Both the position numbers and the translations under genes were made by a program. This document shows positions 54,359-64,000 of a stretch of 64,000 nt of DNA, in pieces (the first letter of the stretch is position 1; each line of letters opens with the position of its first letter). The notes under the pieces are model-generated. The model saw only the letters and a list, made by a program, of their open reading frames with translations, made no database searches and had not been told where the DNA came from. Source of the DNA: a virus; the IMG/VR virus record IMGVR_UViG_3300043427_001127, positions 107,626 to 171,625 of that record; one strand, 5' to 3'.

Positions 54359-55222
54359 ATGGCAAACTACTCATACGAAAAGGGAAAATACGGATCGACT
54401 GCTGGAACTATTGTACCATTTCCCAGGAGATTAGATGGTAAACAGGGAACAGATTGGGAGCAATATGTTCCTGCTGGATATCTTAGATGTGATGGCAGTA
54501 AACTTTCGGCGGATCTTTATCCAAATCTTGCGAGAATACTAGGAACGGGTGACGCATCGATTTATAAAAAAGAAAATGTTGAACTTGATGACGATGAGTT
54601 TCAGTTGCCAGATTTAGGATCAAAATATATAAAAGCCAGTCCTTCTTCTGGTGGATATGAAAGTTACTATGCTGTTGGTGCTCCTAGTGGAGTTTTGCAA
54701 CCAAAAGTCGGTGTTGATGTTGAACTTGAGTCAACAGAAGGAACTGGTCAAATAACAGTTGCTGTTCAATATACTGGGTCTTTTGCTATTCCTGCGAGAT
54801 CTGTAGTTTTAAATGGAAACTTAGCCATATCTATTCCAGGTTCGACGGATCAATCTACAGTGACATCTGATAGTATGCTTCCGCATGGTCACTGGGCAAA
54901 CACGGTAAGTCTTAGAGGTAGTCCTGTAACTGGAAACTATTCATATGACACCACACAAACGTTTGGATCTGAGTGTACTCATAAGGCGGAAGGAGTAGAA
55001 ACTCAAATAGGTGATGATCTTTCAGAAGAGGCAACATTGCATTCACACACTGTTAAATATGGATCTCCACCCACCAAAAGCATATCTGGAAATATTGCAG
55101 CACTTACTGCACCTGTGGAAGATAAACTTTTTACTGATGTTAAAATAAATATAGATGACACATATGTTATAAATGATGTTCAACCACCATTTATTTTAGT
55201 AGAATATTTAATAAAATATTAA
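54359..55222 (+). CDS. Tail collar domain fibre protein 2
   Basis: GTIVPF, PAGYLRCDG, F.LPDLGS, H-x-H, EYLIK end. Confidence 0.85.
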   Translation: MANYSYEKGKYGSTAGTIVPFPRRLDGKQGTDWEQYVPAGYLRCDGSKLSADLYPNLARILGTGDASIYKKENVELDDDEFQLPDLGSKYIKASPSSGGYESYYAVGAPSGVLQPKVGVDVELESTEGTGQITVAVQYTGSFAIPARSVVLNGNLAISIPGSTDQSTVTSDSMLPHGHWANTVSLRGSPVTGNYSYDTTQTFGSECTHKAEGVETQIGDDLSEEATLHSHTVKYGSPPTKSISGNIAALTAPVEDKLFTDVKINIDDTYVINDVQPPFILVEYLIKY

Positions 55223-55223
55223 A

Positions 55224-56273
55224 ATGGCAGTAAAATATTCTAAGCAATCAGAAAAAAGCGGAGCAACAGTTGGTACTGTTGTTTGTATACCAAAACCTGC
55301 TGAGTGGACTAGTACCTCGGATGATTGGGATATTGATGTTGATTATCCAGGGTGGTTAGAATGTGATGGTTCATCTTTAAATCCAAATAACTATTATGCA
55401 TTATATCAAATAATAGGAACTACTTACGGTGGAACTGTTAGTGGGACATACCCAAACATGACAGGCACGTTCAAACTGCCAAACTATAGAGCAAGATATT
55501 TAACTGGAACTGGTAGGTCTGACGGTAATATTCCAGGAAGCGCAACGCTTACTCCAAATACATTAGCTGATGGAACAGCACCTATAGATGTAAACTATCC
55601 TGGTAGTACAGGTGGAGTTTACACGATTAATGATATTAGACAACAAACTCCAACTCAAGATGATACTTTTGAAATCGTAAGCAAAAAATCTAGAGGATTT
55701 GAAAATGTTGAGGTTGAAGCACCAATAACTTTATCTGGTAATATTACACAAAATTTTGGTCCATTTGGTGCAACTCAACTATATTCTGCTCCTCCTCATA
55801 CACACGTATTGCCACATAGTAGATTGACAAATGAAGAAGCTGCTACAACAGCTGATGGTGGTCCTTCTATTGGATTTGATTTAATCTGTTGTTTGAATGG
55901 TGCATCTGGTAGTATTATTTCTTACAGAAGAAGGGTTGAAAATGCAAGTCCAGGAGATATTCCAACTACAAGAAAACACAGTCATAAAATATCTGCAAAT
56001 ACTGCTGGACAGGCTAGAACATGGGGGCATGATGAGGAAGGTGGAAATACTGGCATATCTTCAGGTGCAGTTGGATACGGTAATACTGCAACTAAAACTA
56101 TTTCTGTTACCGATCTTGGATTAGATTGTAATGTGGGCACATTAAAAGTGAGTAGTTCTTCTTCAGTAAGAACCTTATTTGACAGTAGATTAACTACCAA
56201 CTTGACAAGTGCCGAAACTTTGTCTATGATGCAAGCTTATCACCGAAATAAATACATCATTAAAGCATTTTAA
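55224..56273 (+). CDS. Tail collar domain fibre protein 3
   Basis: GWLECDG, LYQIIGTTYGG, F.LPNY, H-x-H, YIIKA end. Confidence 0.85.
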   Translation: MAVKYSKQSEKSGATVGTVVCIPKPAEWTSTSDDWDIDVDYPGWLECDGSSLNPNNYYALYQIIGTTYGGTVSGTYPNMTGTFKLPNYRARYLTGTGRSDGNIPGSATLTPNTLADGTAPIDVNYPGSTGGVYTINDIRQQTPTQDDTFEIVSKKSRGFENVEVEAPITLSGNITQNFGPFGATQLYSAPPHTHVLPHSRLTNEEAATTADGGPSIGFDLICCLNGASGSIISYRRRVENASPGDIPTTRKHSHKISANTAGQARTWGHDEEGGNTGISSGAVGYGNTATKTISVTDLGLDCNVGTLKVSSSSSVRTLFDSRLTTNLTSAETLSMMQAYHRNKYIIKAF

Positions 56274-56288
56274 ATCTTGGAGTGACTT

Positions 56289-56903
56289 ATGACTATACCT
56301 ATCAAACCTCTAGAACTAATGGAGGGTGAGTTTGATGAGTTTATTGGAATATGGAAAAATCATGTTCCTGCTAGCCTTTGTAAAAAGTATATAAAATATT
56401 TCGATGAAATATTTTCTGAAGATAGATCTTCTTTTGCAGATGGCACTGAGCAGTTTCATGATAATAATTTAGGTCGCAAAGATTTGTCTTTGATGATCAA
56501 TGCACATAATCCAGAATTTACTGGTGAAATCAATCAATATTTGCAAGCATGTGTGTTAGATTACATTAGAGAATATGGTCAACTAAGAAGTATTCCTATT
56601 ATCTCAACTGATATTAAAATGCAAAAAACTCCCCCTGGTGGAGGATATCATGTTTGGCATTATGAAGCTGGTTCCTATGATCATTCACATAGAGAACTAG
56701 TTTGGGCAATCTATCTAAATACTCTACCAGATGGAGAAGCAGAAACAGAATTTTTATACCAGAAACGTAGAATAAAACCAGAAGCGGGGACAGTTGTTAT
56801 TTGGCCAGCTGGTATGACCCATGTTCATAAAGGAAATACTGTCTTCACTGAAGATAAATATATTTTGACTGGGTGGTATATCAAAATCCCAAAACTTAAA
56901 TAA
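56289..56903 (+). CDS. 2OG-Fe(II) oxygenase
   Basis: GGYHVWHYE, YLN, ETEFLYQ, IWPAG.TH.HKG, KYILTGW. Confidence 0.9.
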   Translation: MTIPIKPLELMEGEFDEFIGIWKNHVPASLCKKYIKYFDEIFSEDRSSFADGTEQFHDNNLGRKDLSLMINAHNPEFTGEINQYLQACVLDYIREYGQLRSIPIISTDIKMQKTPPGGGYHVWHYEAGSYDHSHRELVWAIYLNTLPDGEAETEFLYQKRRIKPEAGTVVIWPAGMTHVHKGNTVFTEDKYILTGWYIKIPKLK

Positions 56904-56913
56904 GATATAATCA

Positions 56914-57828
56914 ATGACAAACATCATTCTTCAAGCTAATCTAAAAGAAAGCACTATCCTTTACGAAGGGAAGGTAGTTACTTTGGATGAGGAAAAAAAA
57001 TCTTTATTGTGCCAACAGTTAGGATCTTTTTGGCATAATGATAAAGATTATATTCTTCTGTTTGAATATTATGATGATGGAAAATATAACTGCGAAAGAA
57101 AAAAGCAAATATATGATTACAGATATCGTGAGTTTTCAGAAAAAAACTACATGTTTACTGAAGCTACTTTAGAACAAGCTAAGAGTGCATATGATATTTT
57201 TGCTTCTTTTTATGAGCAAGCGAGAGTATTAGATTTACAGAAGGCGAAGGAAGAAGTACAGAAAAAGATAAACGAGTTTACTAGTATTTTACAAATTAAT
57301 CTTCGTCTTTTGAGACAAAGAATGTTATCTATGACAGATTGGATTTTTATTGACGATGGATCAGTAAGAGATCCAGAAAAACAAGATTTGTATAGAAAAT
57401 ATAGACAATATTTAAGAGATATTCCAGAAACAAATCCAGAGTTTGAAAGTGATCCGCTTAATGCAAAATTTCCTATTATGCCCGAACAGTATTTGGAAAA
57501 CTATCCAAACAAAGAAGTAGAATATTTATCTACTCCAGATCAGTTTACTCAATATTATTTTGAAACTATAAAGAGAAAACTTTTAAGATTCCAGCAGTGG
57601 TTGTCTTTACCATCAACTAGAATCGATTGGTCGGTAGACGGCAGTGAAATAGAACTAGAAGATTTCAAGAGAATACAAGAAAAAATCAAAAAAGCACTGG
57701 ATGCTGTTGATACTGAACTTATTGTTCCGCCTTTACAGTTCGTTCCACCAGTTAATACTGCTTCAGAAGCTTACATAGATAGATTAGTACAAAACGCAGA
57801 AGATTATATAGAAAACACTGGGAGTTGA
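56914..57828 (+). CDS. Tail fibre assembly chaperone-like protein
   Basis: R...L..TDW...YRQYLRDIP motif. Confidence 0.75.
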   Translation: MTNIILQANLKESTILYEGKVVTLDEEKKSLLCQQLGSFWHNDKDYILLFEYYDDGKYNCERKKQIYDYRYREFSEKNYMFTEATLEQAKSAYDIFASFYEQARVLDLQKAKEEVQKKINEFTSILQINLRLLRQRMLSMTDWIFIDDGSVRDPEKQDLYRKYRQYLRDIPETNPEFESDPLNAKFPIMPEQYLENYPNKEVEYLSTPDQFTQYYFETIKRKLLRFQQWLSLPSTRIDWSVDGSEIELEDFKRIQEKIKKALDAVDTELIVPPLQFVPPVNTASEAYIDRLVQNAEDYIENTGS

Positions 57829-57834
57829 TTAAAT

Positions 57835-58530
57835 ATGTTTTATGTAATGAAAGTTTTGAATGACAATCAAATCAATAAAATAAAAAAATATTATGATTCT
57901 GCTATTTTTGAATCTGGACGCTGGGGCGGCAAAACAGTTAATCTAGATAAAAAAAATAATCTAGAAGCTGATCATGGAGAATCTTATAGGGATAAAAAAT
58001 ACATAGAAGTTTCTGATATTGTCGCACATGCCCTAGAAGATTGTCATGATTTTAGAAACTATATTTTGCCAGTTTCTATATCAATAATGAACTTTGCTCG
58101 CTATACTGAGGGGATGTATTATGGATTTCATAATGATAACTATGTGATGCAACATAAAAGTAGTGGTGATTATATTAGAACTGATTATAGTTGTACTCTT
58201 TTCTTGTCATCTCCCGATGATTACGATGGTGGTGAACTAGTTCTGCAAATCGGGAATCAAACTCAGTCCTTTAAACTTGATTCTGGATATGCTATTTTTT
58301 ATCCAACAACATATATACACAAAGTTAACGAAGTTACACGAGGAACTAGAGATGTAGTTGTTTTTTGGATTCAAAGTAAAATACGAGATTCTATGATAAG
58401 AGAACTCATTTGTGATATACATGAAATAAACAAAGAATACAAAGATAAACTAAATACAGCAGAATTTGATAATCTTAATAATCGACTGACTCACATCTAC
58501 ATGCAACTAAGAAGGAGATTTTCGGACTAA
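57835..58530 (+). CDS. PKHD-type (YbiX/PiuC-like) 2OG-Fe(II) hydroxylase
   Basis: KNNLE, Y..G.YYGFHND, RTDYSCTLFLS.P.DYDGGEL, H.V.EVTRG.R...VFWIQS. Confidence 0.9.
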   Translation: MFYVMKVLNDNQINKIKKYYDSAIFESGRWGGKTVNLDKKNNLEADHGESYRDKKYIEVSDIVAHALEDCHDFRNYILPVSISIMNFARYTEGMYYGFHNDNYVMQHKSSGDYIRTDYSCTLFLSSPDDYDGGELVLQIGNQTQSFKLDSGYAIFYPTTYIHKVNEVTRGTRDVVVFWIQSKIRDSMIRELICDIHEINKEYKDKLNTAEFDNLNNRLTHIYMQLRRRFSD

Positions 58531-58892
58531 TGGAATCATACTACGAACCAAAAAGTTTCTGGCAAGCTATGTCTGAATACGCTGCTCTTAAACAAAAATC
58601 TTTGATGTATTTCAGAGCAGTTGGTATTCAAGAATCTTCGGATGAAGAAAAAATCAAAGAAGTTCTGGATCATTACAAACAGATCTGCCCTGAAGAAATA
58701 TTAGACTGCTTAGTTTATCAAAAACATAATGTTTTGTTTTTTGAAGACGAAATAGCAGCTAGAGAAAGAGCACAAGAATGGTTTCCATTTTTGGATGAAA
58801 TGGATTACCCAGAATATAATGTATATGTTCATATTTTTACTCCAAATGGCGACAGTTGTTTTGAGAATCTACCTTTTGTAAAACATGATTGA
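58530..58892 (+). CDS. Hypothetical protein
   Basis: 120 aa, translationally coupled. Confidence 0.7.
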   Translation: MESYYEPKSFWQAMSEYAALKQKSLMYFRAVGIQESSDEEKIKEVLDHYKQICPEEILDCLVYQKHNVLFFEDEIAARERAQEWFPFLDEMDYPEYNVYVHIFTPNGDSCFENLPFVKHD

Positions 58893-58903
58893 AGAATATT
58901 ATT

Positions 58904-60340
58904 ATGAAACTATGTGTGATTGGAACAGGTGCCGCTGGGTGGATGGCAGCGAACTATTTTGCAGTTGATAAAAATATAGAAAAAGTAACTATTATTGGTT
59001 CTCCTGAAATAATGCCTATTGGGGTGGGAGAATCTAATACTATAGTCTTGAATGATTTTCATGCTGGTATTGGCAGCAAAATGGATGAGTTTGTTGTAAA
59101 ATCCGACGCTGCTGTTAAGTATGGAGTTTTTTACAAAAACTGGTCCGATGAAGATTTTTTACATAACTTTAAACGTGCAGGCACTCCATGGAAGCACATT
59201 GGTATAAAATCAAAAGAATATTTTGCTTCTCTATCAAATAGAGACAGTCGAGTAAAGTTTCATGATTTGTATGCCAAAGATTTATTTGATATTGTAAGAT
59301 CTAATCAAGTTATATTAAATTTTGATGAATATCCTATTTCTTGGCATTTTGATGCTGCAAAATATATTGATTATCTTTCAAATCACATAAAAACAAATAA
59401 CTTTGAGGCGATTTACAGCACAGTTTTGGGTTGTACACTTGATCAAGGTAAAATCAAATCTTTGAAGTTGGCAAATGGTTCTCAGATCGAAGCGGATTAT
59501 TTTATTTTTGCAACGGGTTCGAATAGTTTAATCGTAGATCAGCTGAGATTGGAATATGTTGATCTTTCTGATATTTTACTTACAAATAAAGCATATGTTT
59601 ATCCTTTAGAATATAAAGAAAAGCGTAAACAGTTTCATCCATATACTGTTGCTAAAACCATGAAATATGGGTGGAGATGGATAACACCCACATATTCTAG
59701 AATAGGGACTGGTTATGTTTTTAGTGATAGACATGTTACACATGAACAAGCATTACGGGAGTTTTTGCAAGATATTGGCGATGATACTATAACTCCTAGA
59801 TTAGTGTCATTTGAACCCAGGTATAGTAAAAATACTTTCAATAGTAACTTTTGCACTATTGGTATGTGTAATGGATTCTTAGAACCTTTAGATGCTCCTG
59901 GAATAACATTAACTCTAGATACGTTGATACGTTTGAAATATCTATTCGATCAGCAAAAGAGATACGGCGTGGGAACTTTTTATGATCATTGTTTGTGGTC
60001 TTCAAACAAAACAATGGAACATCTATATAAATTTTGGGCTGCTTTTATCCTAGCACAATACAAAACTTGTTACAGGAACGATACTGATTTCTGGCAAGAT
60101 CATAAAAATGTGCAATGGGATTTTTATGATGATATGATTAAACGATTTGATAGTCATGATGGGAATGATATTATTAATGGAGATATGATTTTCCATACAA
60201 TGTCTGCACGAAGATATAAATGGAAATACTACTCAGATATTCCTACTTTTGTTTTATCTTCAGAACTTAATGAGCAAACAATGAATCATTTGGATTATAT
60301 CCAAGGTTTTCATAGAAGTTTACATGCCCAGGGGGCTTGA
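58904..60340 (+). CDS. Flavin-dependent (tryptophan) halogenase family protein
   Basis: GTGAAG, IGVGES, catalytic Lys (AVKYG), WHFDA, GWRWITP, GFLEPL. Confidence 0.9.
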   Translation: MKLCVIGTGAAGWMAANYFAVDKNIEKVTIIGSPEIMPIGVGESNTIVLNDFHAGIGSKMDEFVVKSDAAVKYGVFYKNWSDEDFLHNFKRAGTPWKHIGIKSKEYFASLSNRDSRVKFHDLYAKDLFDIVRSNQVILNFDEYPISWHFDAAKYIDYLSNHIKTNNFEAIYSTVLGCTLDQGKIKSLKLANGSQIEADYFIFATGSNSLIVDQLRLEYVDLSDILLTNKAYVYPLEYKEKRKQFHPYTVAKTMKYGWRWITPTYSRIGTGYVFSDRHVTHEQALREFLQDIGDDTITPRLVSFEPRYSKNTFNSNFCTIGMCNGFLEPLDAPGITLTLDTLIRLKYLFDQQKRYGVGTFYDHCLWSSNKTMEHLYKFWAAFILAQYKTCYRNDTDFWQDHKNVQWDFYDDMIKRFDSHDGNDIINGDMIFHTMSARRYKWKYYSDIPTFVLSSELNEQTMNHLDYIQGFHRSLHAQGA

Positions 60341-60366
60341 CAACCCCTTGACGCCCGTGCTACAGT
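60337..60366 (+). promoter_or_regulatory. Early promoter
   Basis: GGGGGC-TTGACA-N18-TACAGT with TG extension. Confidence 0.55.
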
Positions 60367-60391
60367 AGCGGAGCACTGAACAGGACATCCC

Positions 60392-60625
60392 ATGAAAGGC
60401 ATCATCGATTACGGTGACGACGGCGTGATTCCGATGATTGAGTCGGATGACGTTGAAACCGTTGTTGAAAGCATTCTTGAATATGTAGAAAATCGCTTTG
60501 AACTCCTTGATAAAGAGGGTGGACGCGATGCTGACATTTTTGCTCTTGTGCAAGAGTTTCACGAATGGGGAACTGCTGAGCAAGGCGATGAAGTTTCTTA
60601 TTTTACCTGCCCTACTTTTGAGTAA
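60392..60625 (+). CDS. Acidic hypothetical protein
   Basis: 77 aa, AGGA RBS. Confidence 0.7.
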   Translation: MKGIIDYGDDGVIPMIESDDVETVVESILEYVENRFELLDKEGGRDADIFALVQEFHEWGTAEQGDEVSYFTCPTFE

Positions 60626-60653
60626 TCCTATATAATCACAAAAGGACAGACCA

Positions 60654-60779
60654 ATGACCACGCCCAACTGGCAGCACCATTCTAAGAAAGATGCCAAACG
60701 CACTCTGAAACCTCAGATGTTGCGTCAGGCAAAAGCTCGTAAACAGGCGCTTAAGCGTCAACTGGAGGTAATCAAATGA
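60654..60779 (+). CDS. 41-aa basic peptide
   Basis: MTTPNWQHHSKKDAKRTLKPQMLRQAKARKQALKRQLEVIK; AAGGA RBS. Confidence 0.65.
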   Translation: MTTPNWQHHSKKDAKRTLKPQMLRQAKARKQALKRQLEVIK

Positions 60780-60961
60780 CTCATTATGATAAACTGATTG
60801 ATTCCATCGTTGATGAAATCTACTATGTGTGGACTGAAGTTTCCAGTTGGAATGAAGACGACCAAGAAACTGCAAAAGAAGCAGCACATCGCATTCTACA
60901 GCATGTAGAAGAGTTTCAAACTGTTCGTACTAAAATAAATCAATGGAGGGCATCAGATTGA
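60776..60961 (+). CDS. Hypothetical protein
   Basis: GGAGG RBS, ATGA overlap. Confidence 0.7.
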   Translation: MTHYDKLIDSIVDEIYYVWTEVSSWNEDDQETAKEAAHRILQHVEEFQTVRTKINQWRASD

Positions 60962-61212
60962 TGCAGTATAGATTTATAGATCCCAACTATCCTATTCTTA
61001 GTTGGTTTAGAGTAGTTGGTAATATGATGTTTGTGGTAGGATATATTGTAATCCTATTCACAAGCGTAGAAGTTGGTATATATTGCAGAATGATAGGAAA
61101 CGTAATGTCTTGGCCACATTTTCAAAAGATGCGAATGTGGGACATCTTGACAATCCGTGCCTTCTTTGCTATTGTAGAGATTGTAAAACTTATTCAGATT
61201 TGGTTTTTTTAA
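60961..61212 (+). CDS. Hypothetical membrane protein
   Basis: Hydrophobic segments; TGATG coupling. Confidence 0.6.
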   Translation: MQYRFIDPNYPILSWFRVVGNMMFVVGYIVILFTSVEVGIYCRMIGNVMSWPHFQKMRMWDILTIRAFFAIVEIVKLIQIWFF

Positions 61213-61213
61213 T

Positions 61214-61420
61214 ATGGCATTATCACAATCCGTAGACGAATCACTGAACGAAGCATCTGCTGCACTTCGCAATGCTTTAGCATATGCTGCTCGTCAAGAG
61301 CGTCCAGTGGTTTGTAATAGTATCTCAGAGATTCTTTGTCGTATCGATCAGATGAAATCTTTTGACGGTATTCTAGATAAACTCGATGAGATGACTAAAG
61401 ATGTCCCTTTTAAAGATTAA
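61214..61420 (+). CDS. Hypothetical protein
   Basis: MALSQSV.ESL.EA...LRNALAYAARQE. Confidence 0.7.
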   Translation: MALSQSVDESLNEASAALRNALAYAARQERPVVCNSISEILCRIDQMKSFDGILDKLDEMTKDVPFKD

Positions 61421-61619
61421 TAAAACAGACTTGTACGAAGTACCAGTTAAAACAACACCACAAAATGTCAAGGAAGCAAATGAAGGGTTGTTTCAATCAA
61501 AAATGACACTTCCTGCTGCCGCAAAACATTGTGGTATGACTCAAAAAGAAATGAAGTTGACATTTTTTGAGTATTTGAAGTATCATCCACCTACCTACAT
61601 TAATGGTCAAGATGCCTAA
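61401..61619 (+). CDS. Hypothetical protein, HTH-like
   Basis: MTLPAAAKHCGMT.KEMK. Confidence 0.65.
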   Translation: MSLLKINKTDLYEVPVKTTPQNVKEANEGLFQSKMTLPAAAKHCGMTQKEMKLTFFEYLKYHPPTYINGQDA

Positions 61620-62451
61620 ACTAAAACCACTGTTTATTTGGGCAGGAGGCAAAACCAAAATGCTCAAATACCATAGTCCTCACCTACCGTCAACGGTTAA
61701 CAGTTATTCTGAACCGTTTTTTGGTGGTGGGGCTATGTTTTTGCATGTCATGCAGAAGTATAATCCCGATCGGGCATATATCAATGATATTAACGAAAGT
61801 ATCGTAAATATTTACCGAACGGTAAAAAAATGCCCTGATGAGTTCTGTAATGTAGTGAATGTATTTCAGACCAAATACATTTCTTTATCTAAAGAAGACA
61901 GGAAAAAATACTTCTTTGAAGTACGTCATGCTCATGCATACGATTATACTTCATGGTCTAAAGAGTTTGAAGCGGGAGTGCTGTATTTCCTGATGAAAAC
62001 AGGTTTCAATGGTATCTGGCAGATCAATAAAAATACTAACGGTAGATATGGTACTCCTGCAGGACTATTGAATCAAAAAGATGTAGTTTACGATAAAGCA
62101 ACAGTATATGCTTGGCATGAGTTGTTGCAAAATGTAGAGATTTATTGTGGTGATTACAAAGATTGCCCCACTGGCGATTTAAACTATTTTGATCCACCCT
62201 ATCGTGATAGTTTTACTAAGTATGGTACGAGCTGGGGTGATACAGAGACTGAAGAACTGATAGAACATGCCAAAAGCATTGATGGTCACGTTCTTCTGTG
62301 TAATCGTTGCGATGGATCTACATTCTTTGATGACAGGAAAGGTGATCTAAACATCACTAGATTTCCTGTGACATATACTGCTGGTCGTCGTAAGAAAACC
62401 AGCACTGGATACGCTGCTAAACCCGCTACCGAGATTTTGTTGTATTCCTAA
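61612..62451 (+). CDS. dam: DNA adenine methyltransferase (D12/Dam class)
   Basis: WAGGK, EPFFGGGA, INDIN, GFNG, DPPY. Confidence 0.92.
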   Translation: MPKLKPLFIWAGGKTKMLKYHSPHLPSTVNSYSEPFFGGGAMFLHVMQKYNPDRAYINDINESIVNIYRTVKKCPDEFCNVVNVFQTKYISLSKEDRKKYFFEVRHAHAYDYTSWSKEFEAGVLYFLMKTGFNGIWQINKNTNGRYGTPAGLLNQKDVVYDKATVYAWHELLQNVEIYCGDYKDCPTGDLNYFDPPYRDSFTKYGTSWGDTETEELIEHAKSIDGHVLLCNRCDGSTFFDDRKGDLNITRFPVTYTAGRRKKTSTGYAAKPATEILLYS

Positions 62452-62452
62452 C

Positions 62453-62752
62453 ATGTATTATGACAACGAGCGTCTCAATCAAATATATAGAGATACTTGG
62501 CCTAATCTAGGGTGGGCGTTAATGGATAGAATCAAAGCAGGTGCTACAGTAAAGTATATCGGATGCTCTATTGAGCAGGTAAGATGGGGGTCTAATGATG
62601 ACCCAAATGGGATTCTAATAGTGGGTGACAAATACTATGTTGAGCATGTGTATGTGCATTCTCAACATACTAAAATAGAACTCAGAGGAGTCAAAGGTAA
62701 GTTTAACTCAGTATGTTTTGAGGTGACACATGACACACGAAGAAATGCTTGA
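62453..62752 (+). CDS. Hypothetical protein
   Basis: QVRWGSNDDP...FNSVCF. Confidence 0.65.
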   Translation: MYYDNERLNQIYRDTWPNLGWALMDRIKAGATVKYIGCSIEQVRWGSNDDPNGILIVGDKYYVEHVYVHSQHTKIELRGVKGKFNSVCFEVTHDTRRNA

Positions 62753-63083
62753 AGAAGCAGCGAAACGCGAAGAAGAAAACGAGCGACCATTCTATCGCTT
62801 CTTTGCTATTGAATACTTTGCCACTGGAGAGGGTATGTCTTTCTGGTTGAAAGTATGTCGTAACTATGGTCTATACAATGGCAGAGATTACGAGTTAGAA
62901 CGATTTGCTAAGTTTATTGGTGAGGGAGCGGAGCATTACATGCATGGTCTTACAATGCCCACACAAGAAGAGTTTATGACTCAGTATGCTAATCTGATTC
63001 CTCCCTATATTGTAAAGATGATTGAGCGTAGAGACCAGCCAGGATTTGATTGGGAAACACACTTCTACTTTAACTATTCATAA
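62730..63083 (+). CDS. Hypothetical protein
   Basis: GAGG RBS; EYFATGEG motif. Confidence 0.7.
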   Translation: MTHEEMLEEAAKREEENERPFYRFFAIEYFATGEGMSFWLKVCRNYGLYNGRDYELERFAKFIGEGAEHYMHGLTMPTQEEFMTQYANLIPPYIVKMIERRDQPGFDWETHFYFNYS

Positions 63084-63277
63084 TGGACGATAAAACACTA
63101 TTCAACCCAGACGAGTTTCTGCTGGATAATATCAAATCCTACCATTATGAGGTGATGGATGAAGGCGAGCATGTGTGGATGGCATTCTATTTTGAGAATG
63201 GTAACACAGGGCACTTGAATATCTTCCTCAACAATGGTAAAATCAATACTAGATACGAAGAATGGGATGAGGTTTAA
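63083..63277 (+). CDS. Hypothetical protein
   Basis: Coupled ORF. Confidence 0.65.
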   Translation: MDDKTLFNPDEFLLDNIKSYHYEVMDEGEHVWMAFYFENGNTGHLNIFLNNGKINTRYEEWDEV

Positions 63278-63482
63278 AGAAAGTAAATGGGAAGACTTCT
63301 TAGAAGGATTCCACTACATCTGCTCTGCCCTAGACGCCTACAATGCTGGCGAAGAATGGGGTTATGGGGAGTTTTGGGAAACTATCAATGTTGGATGGTA
63401 TTATGAATATGTCTACCCATACGATGATGCATATCGCATACACATTCCTTCACCCGAACGTAAACTGAGGTTAGCAGAATGA
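63267..63482 (+). CDS. Hypothetical protein
   Basis: Trp/Tyr-rich ORF starting MRFKESKW. Confidence 0.6.
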   Translation: MRFKESKWEDFLEGFHYICSALDAYNAGEEWGYGEFWETINVGWYYEYVYPYDDAYRIHIPSPERKLRLAE

Positions 63483-63754
63483 AACTCTTTGACTACTACC
63501 ACTACGAAGATTACGGGCATGAGTGGTATTTCCAACTGCTTGGACAGTATCCACACTTCGCACTGTTGGATGTTGTCATTCAGTGGGATGATTACCCTGC
63601 CACCGAGATATTCCCAATGCTGCTGATTAGCTTCGGTAGTCGCTCAGTCACAGGATTCTCATTCCGCTGGAAGTGGTTTGAGATTCGCTGTGATTTTCTG
63701 ACATCAGCACCACGAAACTTTGACAGATACCATCGTGGAGATTCATACTTATGA
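63479..63754 (+). CDS. Hypothetical protein
   Basis: ATGA overlaps on both sides. Confidence 0.65.
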   Translation: MKLFDYYHYEDYGHEWYFQLLGQYPHFALLDVVIQWDDYPATEIFPMLLISFGSRSVTGFSFRWKWFEIRCDFLTSAPRNFDRYHRGDSYL

Positions 63755-63930
63755 TTACATTTAAACAAACCTGTGATAAACCATACGACAGGCACAAATA
63801 CAAACTATTCTACGCCAATGGCAAGGTAGAGACATACGAATGGTATGATGAAGTTACAGCACGTTGGATGCAAGTGCCACCAGGATACGTTACCCATGTT
63901 GAAGTTACAGACAGGAAGAAAAAGCGATGA
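63751..63930 (+). CDS. Hypothetical protein (59 aa)
   Basis: Manual translation MITFKQTCDKPYDRHKYKL...; GGAG RBS. Confidence 0.65.
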   Translation: MITFKQTCDKPYDRHKYKLFYANGKVETYEWYDEVTARWMQVPPGYVTHVEVTDRKKKR

Positions 63931-64000
63931 GCAATCCATTACTTGACAAGTTTGAAGAAATCTACGGTGAAAAGAAAGAAGAGGAAGTCGTAGAAGAAAA

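Noticed and set aside
42760-56273. Diversity-generating retroelement acting on fibre genes
   Set aside because: No reverse transcriptase and no near-identical template/variable repeat pair noticed; repeats are at the protein level.
1-64000. Stop-codon reassignment or suppressor tRNA
   Set aside because: Core genes are full length in the standard code; TAG, TGA and TAA all end genes; the TAG/TAA/TGA triplets in tRNAs are ordinary Leu/Ser anticodons.

Overview
This is a 64-kb segment of a T4-like cyanomyovirus (Kyanoviridae-type; gene content suggests a freshwater Synechococcus/Cyanobium phage), read in the standard bacterial genetic code. 1-11.5 kb is an accessory region with 13 tRNAs, several structured non-coding RNAs (tandem glnA-type glutamine riboswitch, manA/wcaG-type pseudoknot array, unassigned structured spacers), RlpA, an SLH outer-membrane protein, glutaredoxin, a 2OG oxygenase, a cassette of membrane microproteins and hli-petF-hli. 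11.5-23.4 kb holds a fibre-like gene, psbA, speD, glutaredoxin, rnh, thyX, a denV-family glycosylase, phoH, an exonuclease, gp33 and gp32. 23.4-42 kb is the baseplate/tail module: gp53, gp48, gp2, gp4, gp19/54-family, gp26, gp51, three paralogous hub/tape-measure-like proteins with peptidoglycan hydrolase cargo, gp27-like, cp12 and a split gp5. 42-64 kb has 3 more tRNAs, a 3496-aa virion protein, three tail-collar proteins, a fibre chaperone, 2OG oxygenases, a flavin-dependent halogenase, Dam and small early genes. The most notable observations are a candidate -1 frameshift joining gp26 to gp51 (lambda G/GT-like), an ORF nested inside a glutamine riboswitch aptamer, a tRNA-Ile(UAU) with a long variable arm, unassigned structured RNAs between tRNAs, an NdhQ-like micropeptide and a duplicated phased A-tract element. 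All family calls are from motif recognition by eye; no searches were run.
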